A stretch of 64,000 nucleotides of DNA from Eledone cirrhosa (Eukaryota), in NCBI GenBank assembly GCA_964016885.1, contig OZ024744.1, forward strand, positions 117,800,001 to 117,864,000, written 5' to 3'. A program made the position numbers and the translations under genes. Shown in pieces: positions 12,385-25,623 of the stretch; the stretch's first letter is position 1; the number at the start of each line of letters is the position of its first letter. The notes beneath the pieces were generated by a model. It was not told where the DNA came from. It made no database searches and saw nothing but the letters and a program-made list of their open reading frames with translations.

Positions 12385-12762
12385 ATCATCATCATCATCA
12401 TCATCATCACCGTTTTACGTCCGTTCTTCCACGCTAGCATGGGTTAGACGGGTTGTCCTGTTGTGGGCAGTGTCTGGTCGGCTGACCATGCCTTGCTCAT
12501 ACAGGAACTGATCTGGCTTGATTTCTACAGCTGGATGCCCTTCCTAACACCAACCTCATTTACAGTGAGTGCTGGGTGCTTTTTCGTGGCGCCTACACGT
12601 CCACTTTACAGTGTGGGCTGGGTGCTTTTTTGCCGTGGCACCTCCACGACCACCTTGCGGTGGGGGGGGGGCATATTGTTTATATGCTTCAGCATGTACC
12701 CATGGGAGGTCGGGTACCCTGTATTACTGCGTGACGCCAGAGGTCACGGTCGTGTGTCATTG
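12385..12762 (-). mobile_element. 3' end of RTE family B
   Basis: Near-identical to 51261-51636; (atg)n tail; microsatellite on both sides. Confidence 0.9.
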
Positions 12763-12773
12763 ACTTGTATATG

Positions 12774-12804
<31 letters not shown>

Positions 12805-12975
12805 GTATATATATATATATGTATATATATGTATATATATATATATATGTATATATATGTATATGTATATATATGTATGTATATGTATATATATGTATAT
12901 ATATGTATATATATATATATATGTATATATATGTATATATATGTATATATATATATATGTATATATATATGTATA

Positions 12976-15280
12976 TAACTTTGAATAACTTTGGCCAGTA
13001 TTGGCCCAGGCCATGTCTAACTTAATAGCACCACCTGGCGAAGTCTTTCAATTCAGGATTTGGGCACCATGGCCCATTCGAGAAGAGAATTACTGTTTGC
13101 GGAGACATATCCGGGTGTGGGTGGTTTGTCCGGGATTACTTGGAGGAATTTGTCCAAAGACTTCTTGAATTTTGTGTGGTCAGTTTCTGTTTTGACGTGT
13201 CCTGGTGTGATGTTGAAGAGAGCAGGGCCGATTGAGGTGAAATAATTGTGCCGTATTGTTGTTATGAGTTGCGATTTAGATTTTTGAATGGGACGGATAG
13301 CACGGGGCCCAAGCCTTGGGTGTATCTTGAAGGCGATGCCAACATCGTTTGGGCAGTGATGATGGAACATTTTCCACATCATGCAGATAATATAACGCTC
13401 ACGGCGACGTTGGAGTGAGTAAAGTTTCAGGTTTTCTAATCGACCCCAGTAGTCAAGGTCTGACATGCCATCTATCTTTTTCGTGATTGCCCTTTGAGGA
13501 GCTTCAAGTTTCATGATACTTTGTTTCGTGTGGGGAGACCACAGTGGACAACAGTATTCAAGGTGTGGTCGGGCAAAAGTAGAGAAGAGAAGGATAATGG
13601 TGCGGGAATCTCTCGACTGGAAGGTTCTGAGGATCCAGGAACACATTCTGCGGGCCATGTCAACTTTGCTGCTTATATGCGTGGTCCAGCTTATGCTGCT
13701 GTCCACGGTTACTCCCAAGTCTCTGATGTTGTTAGATGCCACGAGAGTTTCCCTGGAGGGAAGGGAGTACGGGAGTTTCAGAGCATCCTCTTTTCCAAAG
13801 TGGATCAGTTCGAATTTGTCTTCGTTCAGTAACATGTTGTTCTTTTCTGCCCATTGGGTAACAGCCAGTAGGTCTGACTGAAGGCTTATCCGGTCATCCA
13901 CGCCATTGATGACCTTTTGGAGCTTGGAATCATCAGCGAAAATTTTAATGTTGCTGTGTTTGATGATGTCAGTGATGTCATTAATATAGATGATGAAGAG
14001 AAGTGGGCCTAACACAGTGCCTTGTGGGACCCCACTACTGACTTTGGCTGGGCTTGATTTGATTTGACTCCCTCAACTACAACATGTTGGGTTCTGTTTG
14101 ACAGGAAGCTCTTGATCCACTGCAGCAGCTTTCCAGTGACACCAATATTGGACAGCTTTCTCAGTAGAATGTTATGATCAACCCTGTCAAAGCCCTTGCT
14201 GAAATCAAGGTAGATAACATCAGTGTTGGAACCCTCTCCCAAGGCTCTCAAAATGTCATCAAAGTGATGCAGTAGCTGCGTCAGGCAATCCCTTCCATTA
14301 CGGAATCCATGCTGGTTGGAGTTCAGCATATTGTTACTCTCAAGGAAGTGGGTCATTCGCGATCTCACCACTCTCTCAAATACCTTAATGATATGAGAGG
14401 TGAGTGAGATTGGACGGTAATTCACGGCAAGGGATTTGTTTCCCTTTTTGAAAACTGGGACAACAGACTGGGGTAGAAGGTTTTCTGGCACATATCCAGC
14501 ATCCAGTGAGTTCCGCCACAGATTGGCAAGAGGAGATGCAAGTTGGTGTTGACACGCCTTCAAGACACAAGCAGGGAACCTATCGGGACCTACTGCTGAA
14601 TTATGCTTGATTTCCTTTATTGCCGCCAAGACATCAGGGACGCCAAACGTTATGTCCGATAAGGTGTAATGGGGAGTAACATCGCCGATACAGCCCAGAT
14701 CGGCCATATCAGGATTGCTGAAAACAGAGCAGTATTGTTTCTGCAGTATCTCACCCATGGTTTTAGCATTGTCTTGAAGAATGCCATTTTCATCAATTAG
14801 AGGGCCAACAGTAGAGCCAGTGATTTTGTGTTTTTTTGCAAATGAAAAGAACACTTTGGGATTGAGTTTGATCTTCTCAATGGCCCAGGCCTCTTCAGCT
14901 CTTCTCTGATTGTTGATGAGGGACATTATGTTGTTTTGGAGGTTATGTTTTTTAATCTCTAGTGATGAAATGGCAGTCAAGTTGATGTGTTGCTGCTGAC
15001 AGTATTTCAGCTTGTTGATTTTTTTGTTCGTTCTCTTAATTTTTCTGATGAGCGTTTTTCTATTTCTAGGGATTCTGCTCTTAGATTTGTTTATAGTTCT
15101 TAATGGGGTGTGTTTAGCACATATGTTTGTAACAGTGTCCACAAATGTCTGCCAGGACTTTTTGATGTTAGTGGGTGTATGAGTGTGCGTGAAGGACCAG
15201 TCGACATGTGCAAGATCATGACTGATCGCTTCCCAGTTTGCATTGTGGAAATCCATAGCGTCAAACGGATGGACAGGAGA
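12976..15280 (-). mobile_element. 5'-truncated CR1-group LINE (CR1-a), RT domain split by one frameshift
   Basis: ORFs 14009-15280 ([25 protein letters not shown]) and 13053-14015 (FADD, RPHLEY); same tail as 2902-4112. Confidence 0.93.
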
Positions 15281-15344
15281 TATATATATATATACATATA
15301 TATATATGTATATATATGTATATATATATATATGTATATATATG

Positions 15345-15375
<31 letters not shown>

Positions 15376-15388
15376 ATGTATATATATG

Positions 15389-15419
<31 letters not shown>

Positions 15420-15514
15420 GTATATATATGTATATATATGTATATATATGTATATATATATATGTATATATATGTATATATATGTATATGTATATATATG
15501 TATATGTATATATA

Positions 15515-16639
15515 TGCAAAGTATGGGTGCATAAAAGATGTAGTGGGATCACAGGTAAGCTAACTAAGAACATAGATTTTACATGTGGCCGGTGTTCTGG
15601 TGCAATAAGTAGCAGCAAGTGCCCACACAATACTAGCTCTTTCAATTGCGCAGAGGGTTCTATAGAAATAGTGGACAGCTTCCGTTACCTGGGCGATAAA
15701 ATCAGCAGTGGGGGAGGGTGCTCTGAAAGTACTGTAGCTAGAGTCAGAACTGGTTGGAAAAAGTTCAGAGAGCTTATACCACTATTAGCTGCTAAAGGGT
15801 TCTCCCTAAAAATGAAAGGCAGGTTGTACGATGCCTGCATACGAACAGCAATGTTGCATGGCAGTGAGACCTGGGCATTGTGTGCAGAGGATATACGCAG
15901 ACTAGAGAGGAACGAAGCTTGCATGCTCCGCTGGATGTGTAACAGTAATATACGTGAACGGCAAAGCATAAACGAACTAAGGAAAAAATTAGAGATAAGA
16001 GGGATCAGATGTTGTTTACTCGGATCAGATGTTGTTTACTCGAGAGAAGGCTACGTTGGTATGGACACGTGATGCGCATGAAAGTCGATAGCTGTATAAC
16101 AAAGTGCAGGGCAATAAAGATAGACGGTAGCCACGGAATAGGCAGACCTAGAAAAACCTGGGACGAGCTGATAAACTCCGACCTCACACACTTACACCTC
16201 TCCAAGACAATGTCACTGGACCGAGACCTTTGGCGGTACTCAGTAACAGAGAAGACCCGCCTTGCCAGTAGGCATCTCTAACAAAATACACCCCGTCCCA
16301 CCACCACCACCCCCACCCCATCCACACCACCCCGTCCTATGTAAAGTTATGTTGGTGCCGCGCCATCCGGGCCGAAACAAATGAGATCGTGTAGGTGTCA
16401 CGACAAAAAAACACACAGTCCACGCTGTAATGTGGCCGTGTAGGCAACACGGTAAAAACCTCCCAGACCCACACTGTAAATGTGGTTGGTGTTAGGAAGG
16501 GCATCCAACTGTAGAAAACCTGCCAGACAGTCCTATGCGAGCAAGACAATCACTCTTGCCTCAAGTGGGACTACCCCCGTCCAAACCCATGCAAGCGTGG
16601 AACACGGACGTTAAACGTTGATGATGATGATGATGATGA

Positions 16640-16640
<1 letters not shown>
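15515..16640 (+). mobile_element. 3' part of RTE family C with 3' UTR and (gat)n tail
   Basis: [21 protein letters not shown] and RRLRWYGHV; a 20-bp tandem duplication at ~16002-16041 shifts the frame. Confidence 0.9.
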
Positions 16641-18658
<2,018 letters not shown>

Positions 18659-18748
18659 GTTGCGAAACCGGTAAAGGAACCAAATAAATATATATATTTT
18701 TTTTAAAAAATAAGACATCCAGTTGCATTTTCGATTTCATCTTCTTTT

Positions 18749-18790
<42 letters not shown>

Positions 18791-18866
18791 CGAAGGAGTT
18801 GTGGGAAGGAACCAGATGGACCATAAATCACCAGAGTACTCAATACTTAGGGTAGTAGAGTGGGTA

Positions 18867-18985
18867 ATAGGAGAAAGTATAACCCTGACGGCAGAGCTCA
18901 AGCCGTTTCGACGGCTATTTCTGGACTCCAGAAATAGCCATGGAAATGGCTTGAGCTCTGTCGTCGGGGTCATACTTTCTCCTAT
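18867..18985. repeat. Palindromic element (~59 bp arms, 1 nt spacer), family of 2369-2471
   Basis: ataggagaaagtataaccctgacggcagagctcaagccg...tctgga c tccaga...gagctctgtcgtcggggtcatactttctcctat. Confidence 0.85.
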
Positions 18986-19006
18986 ATATATATATATATA
19001 TATGTA

Positions 19007-19456
19007 TAAGTGTTTCATATCTCCAATGAAATACGGTTTTAGGAAGCCGTAGCTATGCAAACAACGCGGGGGTCTAACGCCCTCTGGTGATGTCTAGCAG
19101 AAGCAAGGGGGACAACCGTCTATGCATTTCTGGCTTAACTGGCCTTCGTCAGGACGGTCCCTCCCACCGCTTGCGACTACTGGACTAGAAGACAGCCGAG
19201 AATATATACATTTCTCGTCTGTGTAAATGAGGTGATTAATCTCATTTGCATATGAAGCTGCATAAGTTGGCTCAACTTTCTCGTCTGTCTTCTAGTCCAG
19301 CAGTCGCAAGCGGTGGGAGCGGCCGTCATGACGAAGGCCAGTTCAGCCTGAAATGCATAGACGGTTGTCCCCCTTGCTTCTGCTGGACATCACCAGAGGG
19401 CGTTAGCCCCCAGTGTTTGCATAGCTACGGCTCTCCTTGGAGATACGAAATACTTA
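19007..19456. mobile_element. MITE-like element with ~180 bp inverted arms
   Basis: taagtgtttcatatctccaa...gaagacagccgagaa versus ttctcgtctgtcttc...ttggagatacgaaatactta; TA-flanked and non-coding. Confidence 0.8.
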
Positions 19457-19519
19457 TACATATTGTATAAAGCTATGCTTGAAGCGAAATCCTATTTCTC
19501 TTTTATATATATATATATA

Positions 19520-19675
19520 GGTATTGAAATTTCCGTTGGAAACAGAAAAGGTCATAGAAATGAAGAGTGCTCTATGTAAGTATCAGAGCAAAATTTAATG
19601 TATAAAAATCAATACAATATAATTACCTCATTACCAGAGGTTTCCCGAATGAGGCGAATACGAAATAAACGACTG
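19520..19675 (-). mobile_element. pLTR fragment (3' half of HHR + tail) of the family at 54750-56268
   Basis: 19597-19672 matches 54752-54828 and includes the reverse complement of GAAA cctctgg TA atgagg. Confidence 0.7.
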
Positions 19676-19859
19676 GTAAAATGGTGTATATATATATATA
19701 GTTAAAGAATAGAGGTGTAACACACAAGTTATTATATATTGGTAAACGGAATAGAAAATGCTGACAAATTGTTCACAGTTGAAAAATGGTTTAATTAGGA
19801 ATAAAAGAGTATTAGTGATTGTTTGGGTTAGTATTCAGTTGTGGTTTTAAGTTTTTAAG

Positions 19860-19898
19860 TTTTAACCGGTTGCGCATTTCTAAATGCTTTTCAAAAAT
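19860..19898 (-). ncRNA. Hammerhead-like variant (U3-A8 core, GCAA in place of GAAA)
   Basis: Reverse strand: ttt TTGAAAA gcattt-ag-aaatgc GCAA ccgg TT aaa. Confidence 0.5.
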
Positions 19899-19959
19899 AA
19901 TTTTGAGACAGAGTGTCCGTGCTGTTTGTTCTGATCTGATTAGTTTTGGGAATTCTACC

Positions 19960-20190
19960 TGTTTTTATGTTAAAAAAGTGGCTCCAGCGTTATTTTTGTG
20001 TTGCAAAAATGCTTGTGGTCAAAACAATTTTGATTGGTCGGTAGAGGTCATGTGAATATAAAAAGTTGATTTTGCGCCAAGACTGTTTTTATGTTAAAAA
20101 AGTGGCTCCATTCAGCAAAAATTCTTGGTCAAAACAATTTTAATTGGTCGGTAGAGGTCATGTGGATAAAAAATTGGTTTTGCGCCAAGA
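19960..20190. repeat. Two tandem ~110-125 bp copies in the PLE 3' region
   Basis: tgtttttatgttaaaaaagtggctcca...ggtcggtagaggtcatgtg...ttttgcgccaaga occurs twice. Confidence 0.8.
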
Positions 20191-20229
20191 TTGAGAAATG
20201 ACTCTTTCACAACAAATGTGTGTGTGTGT

Positions 20230-20261
<32 letters not shown>

Positions 20262-20872
20262 AGTAGTAGTAGTAGTAGTAGTAGTAAGGTGTTCGATGCT
20301 GCGACAATGGCCAGCAGCGATGTGTGTCAAATGGCTATTAAGATAAGTGTGTGTGTGTGTATAGCAGAGTAATTCGATGGTCAGTAAGAATGTGTCTGAA
20401 AGCAATGGGGGGTATTTTAGCATGTCAAAAGATATTTTTCAGCTTTTGTCTTATACGGAGAAGTGCGTGTGTGTGTGTGTGTATAAGTCTCTTTGTATGT
20501 TGATGTACGCGTGTGTATGTGTTTGTGTATATGTGTGTGTGTGTGTGTGGGTGGACCAGTATTTTTTCCCCCTGTTAAAATGGTGTACATTATTCGATTT
20601 TTTCAGTAAAATCGGTTCTCTTAATAGAACATCAAAAATCTTAACAATAAAAGGTGTGAAATGATATTCACTATATATATATATACACATACATATATTC
20701 ACTACATATATATATATATATATACATATATACATACATATATATGCACATATATTTCTTTGTATTGCACCATAGAGCATGTGTGTTTACGTGTGTCATT
20801 GTGTTTATATGTGGGTAGAGATGTGTGCTGATGTAGGTATGTATGTTGACGTGTGTATGTTGTGGGTTCGTC

Positions 20873-23020
20873 TTAGGGAGAAGTGTTTAGACGGGGTCCG
20901 TATTTGTTAATGAAGTAAGATTCCTTGCTGATGCGCTGGGTGTGGGTGGCATTATCTTTAAATTTGTAGAGGGGAAAGATTCTGAAGTTGGGATGATTTT
21001 GGGCGGCACAGGTATCAATGTGTTCACTCAGTGGTATTTTCCTGTATTCCCGTATTTTAATTTGGGATCTATGGACAGTCATGCGTTGGCGGAGGCTGTT
21101 TTTGGTCTGGCCTATGTATTGTTCTCGACAACCTGAACAAGTTAATACATATATTAGATTTTCCGATGCACATGTGAAATTGTGTTTTACTATAAAACGT
21201 TGTCCATCTTTGAAATAGAATTCTGAACCCTCTATTAGGTTGATGCAAATGCCACAGTTGGGTCTATCGCATTTTTTTACTGTGGGTTTCGTTGTTGTGG
21301 TTGGCAGTACTTTGGCATGTGTTAAGATGTTTTTCATTGACTTGGATTGTCTTTTGCTCTTTATGATATCGTGTGTTCGTAGAATTTGTTTCATTCTATG
21401 GTCCTTTTTCAATACAGGGATGTTCTGGAGGATGGTGTCAAAGGCCTCATTGTTGAGGGGGTTGTGTGTGGAGTTGTATGGAAGAGCTTTTAGTTTTGGT
21501 TGATTTACTTTAGGGTGTCTAAGGTCCTGGGTACTGAGTTTTAGGGCACGTTGGATTCCATTGTCAATTAGTGATGCAGGGTAGTCCCTGCCTATGAGTG
21601 TGTCCTTTAGTTCTTGTAGCCGTAAGTAGCAGATGTTTTTATTGGAGACTATAGTACAGATTCTCTTGGCTAAGTTGTAGGGAATATTAATTTTAACGTG
21701 TCTAGGGTGGCAAGAGTTGAAGGGGAGATATTGCTTGGAGTCTGTGGGCTTGTAGTATATGTCTGTTTCTATTTTTTTGTTATGGATCTTAATGAGGATG
21801 TCGAGGAAGGGGAGTTGTTGATGGCTGTATTCCATCGTGAAGTTAATATTTGTGTTGAGCCCATTTATAAGGGTGTGAAATTCTTTAAGTTTTTCGATGT
21901 TTTCGTGCCAAAGGATGAAGCAGTCATCTAGATATCGCTTCCAGTTCCTTTCAATGTGTAAGTGGAGGGTGTTTCCAAATTTGTTTAGGACTTTAGTGTA
22001 GAGGGTGATTTCCAGGTATCCCATGACTAGGTTGGCATAAGTAGGGGCTGTTTTCGTTCCCATAGCGGTCCCAGATTTCTGCCTGTAGGGTTTGTTATTG
22101 AAAACGAAGTAATTGTTCTCCAAGATAAATTTGAGTCCCTCTATCACGAATTCTTTTTTGATGCATTGTGGGAGTTCATTGTGGAAATTATCCAGCCAGA
22201 ATTGGATAGCTTCTATTCCTAGGTTGTGGGGGATGTTGGAGTATAGGTTGACTACATCGAACGTATCTAGTAGGGTTTGTTCAGAAAGGGGCATATTAGG
22301 GAGGTGATTGAGCATATCTAGGTCGTCCCTTATATAGCTTTTGATGTGCTTGAGGAAGGGTTTGAGAAGGGTATCAATGAAGTTGCTAAGGCAGTGGTTT
22401 TCGCAAGTGTGGCCTGCTATTATAGGTCGTAATTTGAGATCATTGGGTGAGGGGACATTGATGACTATGTCTGTGGCTTCCTTGCATGCCTTACTGATTG
22501 ATTCGCTTTTATGTACTTTAGGGATACCGTAGAAAAGGCTGGATTTACTTGTGAAGTCTGTGATGAAGCTGAATTCCTTGTTAGTGAGTCCTTCTTTGTA
22601 TTGGTTGATTAGAGTTTTTAGGTTTCTCATAATTTTCTGTTGATTGTAGTGTTCAGCCTTTTCGTAGTATGTTTCGTTTTCCAAAGTGGAGAGCGCTAAG
22701 TTGATATAGAATTCTGTCTCCATTAGGACTACTGTACTCCCTTTATCAGCCTCTTTAATTGTAATGGTTCTGTCGGTTTTTAATCTATTTAATTCTTCCC
22801 ATTCTTTCTTGTTGAGGTTTGGCTTGTGTTTTTGTCTGTGCAAGTGTTGGTAAGGGAAGTTTGTGCTGTGTTCACAGAATTCGTCCAGGATTTTATTTCT
22901 ACCTTTTGAAGGGGTATAATTGCTTCTATTTCTGGCTAATGATTCATCCTCATTGTACTGGTCGAATAGTTGTTCACTAAGTCGTAACTTTCTACAGAAG
23001 TCTGTGATGTCTTCCTTCAT
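20873..23020 (-). CDS. PLE reverse transcriptase / GIY-YIG endonuclease (715 aa uninterrupted; frame stays open upstream to ~23228)
   Basis: Motifs ADKG, YGIPKVHK, LRPII, FDVVNLY, GTAMG, WKRYLDD, LPFLD, CDRPNCGIC linker and NLIYVLTCSGC-YIGQT; upstream in-frame LLSKGLKFTP. Confidence 0.93.
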   Translation of the reverse strand: MKEDITDFCRKLRLSEQLFDQYNEDESLARNRSNYTPSKGRNKILDEFCEHSTNFPYQHLHRQKHKPNLNKKEWEELNRLKTDRTITIKEADKGSTVVLMETEFYINLALSTLENETYYEKAEHYNQQKIMRNLKTLINQYKEGLTNKEFSFITDFTSKSSLFYGIPKVHKSESISKACKEATDIVINVPSPNDLKLRPIIAGHTCENHCLSNFIDTLLKPFLKHIKSYIRDDLDMLNHLPNMPLSEQTLLDTFDVVNLYSNIPHNLGIEAIQFWLDNFHNELPQCIKKEFVIEGLKFILENNYFVFNNKPYRQKSGTAMGTKTAPTYANLVMGYLEITLYTKVLNKFGNTLHLHIERNWKRYLDDCFILWHENIEKLKEFHTLINGLNTNINFTMEYSHQQLPFLDILIKIHNKKIETDIYYKPTDSKQYLPFNSCHPRHVKINIPYNLAKRICTIVSNKNICYLRLQELKDTLIGRDYPASLIDNGIQRALKLSTQDLRHPKVNQPKLKALPYNSTHNPLNNEAFDTILQNIPVLKKDHRMKQILRTHDIIKSKRQSKSMKNILTHAKVLPTTTTKPTVKKCDRPNCGICINLIEGSEFYFKDGQRFIVKHNFTCASENLIYVLTCSGCREQYIGQTKNSLRQRMTVHRSQIKIREYRKIPLSEHIDTCAAQNHPNFRIFPLYKFKDNATHTQRISKESYFINKYGPRLNTSP

Positions 23021-23669
23021 TTCATAGTAGTTAGGACGTAGTGGATTCGGTGTGAATTTAAGACCTTTGGAGAGTAAGTTGATAAGGTTGGGTGTTGGTT
23101 CTGCACTAGTAAGATTGATAATTTTTATTACTATCGGTTTCTCCTCCCTGTCTTGTGTTATTTTGTTTGCCTGTATCTGTGTGCTGTGTCTAAAAAATGG
23201 TTGGGGTAGAGGGGTTGTCTGCTGATGTTAAGTGGTCTCCTGTGTTTGTTATATTCCTTGTTGTTGTAAAATGTGGTTCGGGTTGGTGGTTGTAGATTGA
23301 ATGGGGTGTTCCTGTACTGAGAGTATGGATGTGTGTTTCTATGTGCCATGTTGTATTGTGGTGTTATAAGTGGCCTACGTTGTTGGTTGTATCGTGTGGT
23401 GTGGGTTTGTTGTGTATTGTGGAAGTGAGAGTTGAGAAATGGTAATTACCTTGCTGTCCCCTTGAAGCGGGGAAGTTGTTGCATCTATCATGGCGGTGGT
23501 ATCTTTTCCCTATGTTTGACGATGAGGCATCCGCGTAGTAGTTGAGTGATTTGGTATGGTGTCTCCTTGAAGGGGGAAAGTTGTAAATGTCATTTTAACA
23601 TAAAAACAGGTAGAATTCCCAAAACTAATCAGATCAGAGCAAACAGCACGGACACTCTATCTCAAAATT

Positions 23670-23708
23670 ATTTTTGAAAAGCATTTAGAAATGCGCAACC
23701 GGTAAAAA
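23670..23708 (+). ncRNA. Hammerhead-like variant (U3-A8 core, GCAA in place of GAAA)
   Basis: ttt TTGAAAA gcattt-ag-aaatgc GCAA ccgg TA aaa. Confidence 0.5.
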
Positions 23709-23834
23709 CTTAAAAACTTAAAACCACAACTGAATACTAACCCATACAATCACTAATACTCTTTTATTCCTAATTAAACCATTTTTCAACTGTGAACAAT
23801 TTGTCAGCATTTTCTATTCCGTTTACCAATATAT

Positions 23835-23930
<96 letters not shown>

Positions 23931-24077
23931 ATGCTTTGGGAGGGTCATGTTGCCAATAAGAAACACATGCACCAGTTGCTTTCACTTCAATTTATTATAA
24001 ATTAAATTTATAAATTTAGGAATTTATAAATTTCCGGTTGGTTGGTTGGTTCCACAACCAGGCGATTGTTCATATAT

Positions 24078-24122
24078 TGTCAAAGTTCTTTCGTCACACA
24101 TTCTGTGACCTCTTTAGTGACT
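24078..24122 (-). ncRNA. Hammerhead with mutated core (CUAAAGA)
   Basis: Reverse strand: agtca CTAAAGA g gtcaca-gaatg-tgtgac GAAA gaac TT tgaca. Confidence 0.6.
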
Positions 24123-24317
24123 GGGGATTCTTTTCTTTGTTTTGTGCCTCTCCTTTGTTCTGTCCTACGCCATCTTGTTTTTGCGTGTCTTGTGTGCTTA
24201 GTTTGTGCATGTGTTACATCTGGGTGTCTGTGTGTGTTTATATTTGTTTATTTATTTATTTATTTACATGTTACTAGTTGGTTGTTTGTTCTATGTGTGT
24301 GTGTTTTCATTTTGTCC

Positions 24318-25623
24318 TTAATTGTAAGTTGTGATGTTGCTATTCCATTCATGTTTTCTATTTAATTTTGGTTGGAGTTCATTTATGTTTATTGCCTCTG
24401 TGATTTGTCTAAACATTGCGTCTTTTCTGTGTGTAGATTCTATTTTTATTTCTATGTTCTCTAATTTACCCTTATGTTCTATTTTAGCATGTTGGTAGAG
24501 TACAGATGATTCTTTACTATCTTGAAGCTCTCGCCAGTGTTCATTTATCTGTTCTTCTATACTACGAGCTGTCTCACCTATGTACACTATATTCTTATCT
24601 CTACATTAACCTTCAGTACATCTTATGCTATATACTACATTTCTAGTTTTACAGTTAATATGGGGGCTTAGTTTACAGATTATACATTTCTTATCTATAC
24701 AGGGAGGTCTTTGAAAAGGGTATGTCTTACTAATAAGTGTTTTTATGGAGGTGCCTGGTCTTTCTACTATCTTAATATAGAGTTTGTTTATCTCGGGCCC
24801 TTCTAAATTTGTAAGTTAATTCACCTCTAGGGGTTGTATTGATGAACATTACACTCTGGTATTTATTGCTATCATACCATGAGTTTATTCTATTAACCTT
24901 ATTCCTAGTTCTTTCTATTCTATTCCAAAATGTGCTCCTATACAAGGGGCAGGTCCCATTTGTATCATTATTTACCATTTTTTCCCATTTGGTTCTGGCT
25001 CCTTTATATACTCTGATTTTATCTCTCTGATTGTAACCAGAGAACTGCATACGGTGGATGAAGTGTTGTATGTGTCTCTCTAGTTCTTTGGGGTTGCACA
25101 TGCGGGACACGTTTCTCATCACCCGTACCAAATCCGCAATCAGTCTGTTGATTTTGGTGTGGTCCAAAACAGCTGAGTTTCGGTGGATCAGATATTTGAA
25201 AGTCATGGGTTTGGCATAATGGGAATGGAGGATTTGTTTTTTGTTATTAATGGTTTCTAACCAGAGCTTTGTGTCTAGTACAGGTAATCGATGGTTGGGG
25301 TGTTTGCTTGGGTAGTCTATAGTAACTCTAATACTCTGGTGGATGGAGTTAGCTATTTGCTGGATGCTTTCCATGGTGTTTTTCTCTAATTCCTGACTGT
25401 TCTCTAGTGGGGGTGCTTTTACTACGATGTTTATATCATCAACGTAGCGGGAGTACATTATCAGGGTTAAGAGGTTGCTGTCTTCTAATTGTTGTTTAAG
25501 TTTAAGTCTATTGTCCCACCAAACCACGAATAGGTTAGCTATGTCACTTGCAATGCTAACACCAATCGCTGCTCCCTCCTCTTGGGCATATGTTTTTCCA
25601 TTAAATTTGAACATATGTTCCTT
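24318..25623 (-). pseudogene. PLE RT C-terminal half + GIY-YIG endonuclease (stops/frameshifts)
   Basis: GAAIG, YSRYVDD, LPVLD, HYAKPM; CIDKKCIIC...NVVYSIRC...YIGETARS...LNRKHEW. Confidence 0.88.

Larger units (their letters stand above)
19700..23832 (-). mobile_element. Penelope-like element, Neptune-type, with inverted pLTRs (19735-19973 / 23593-23832)
   Basis: An RT + GIY-YIG ORF lies between ~240 bp inverted repeats, with (TA)n on both sides. Confidence 0.9.

Noticed and set aside
18659-18752. GAAA ccgg TA half-hammerhead (related fragment at 11966-12105)
   Set aside because: The 5' core is absent; it is probably a pLTR tail fragment but cannot be called a ribozyme.
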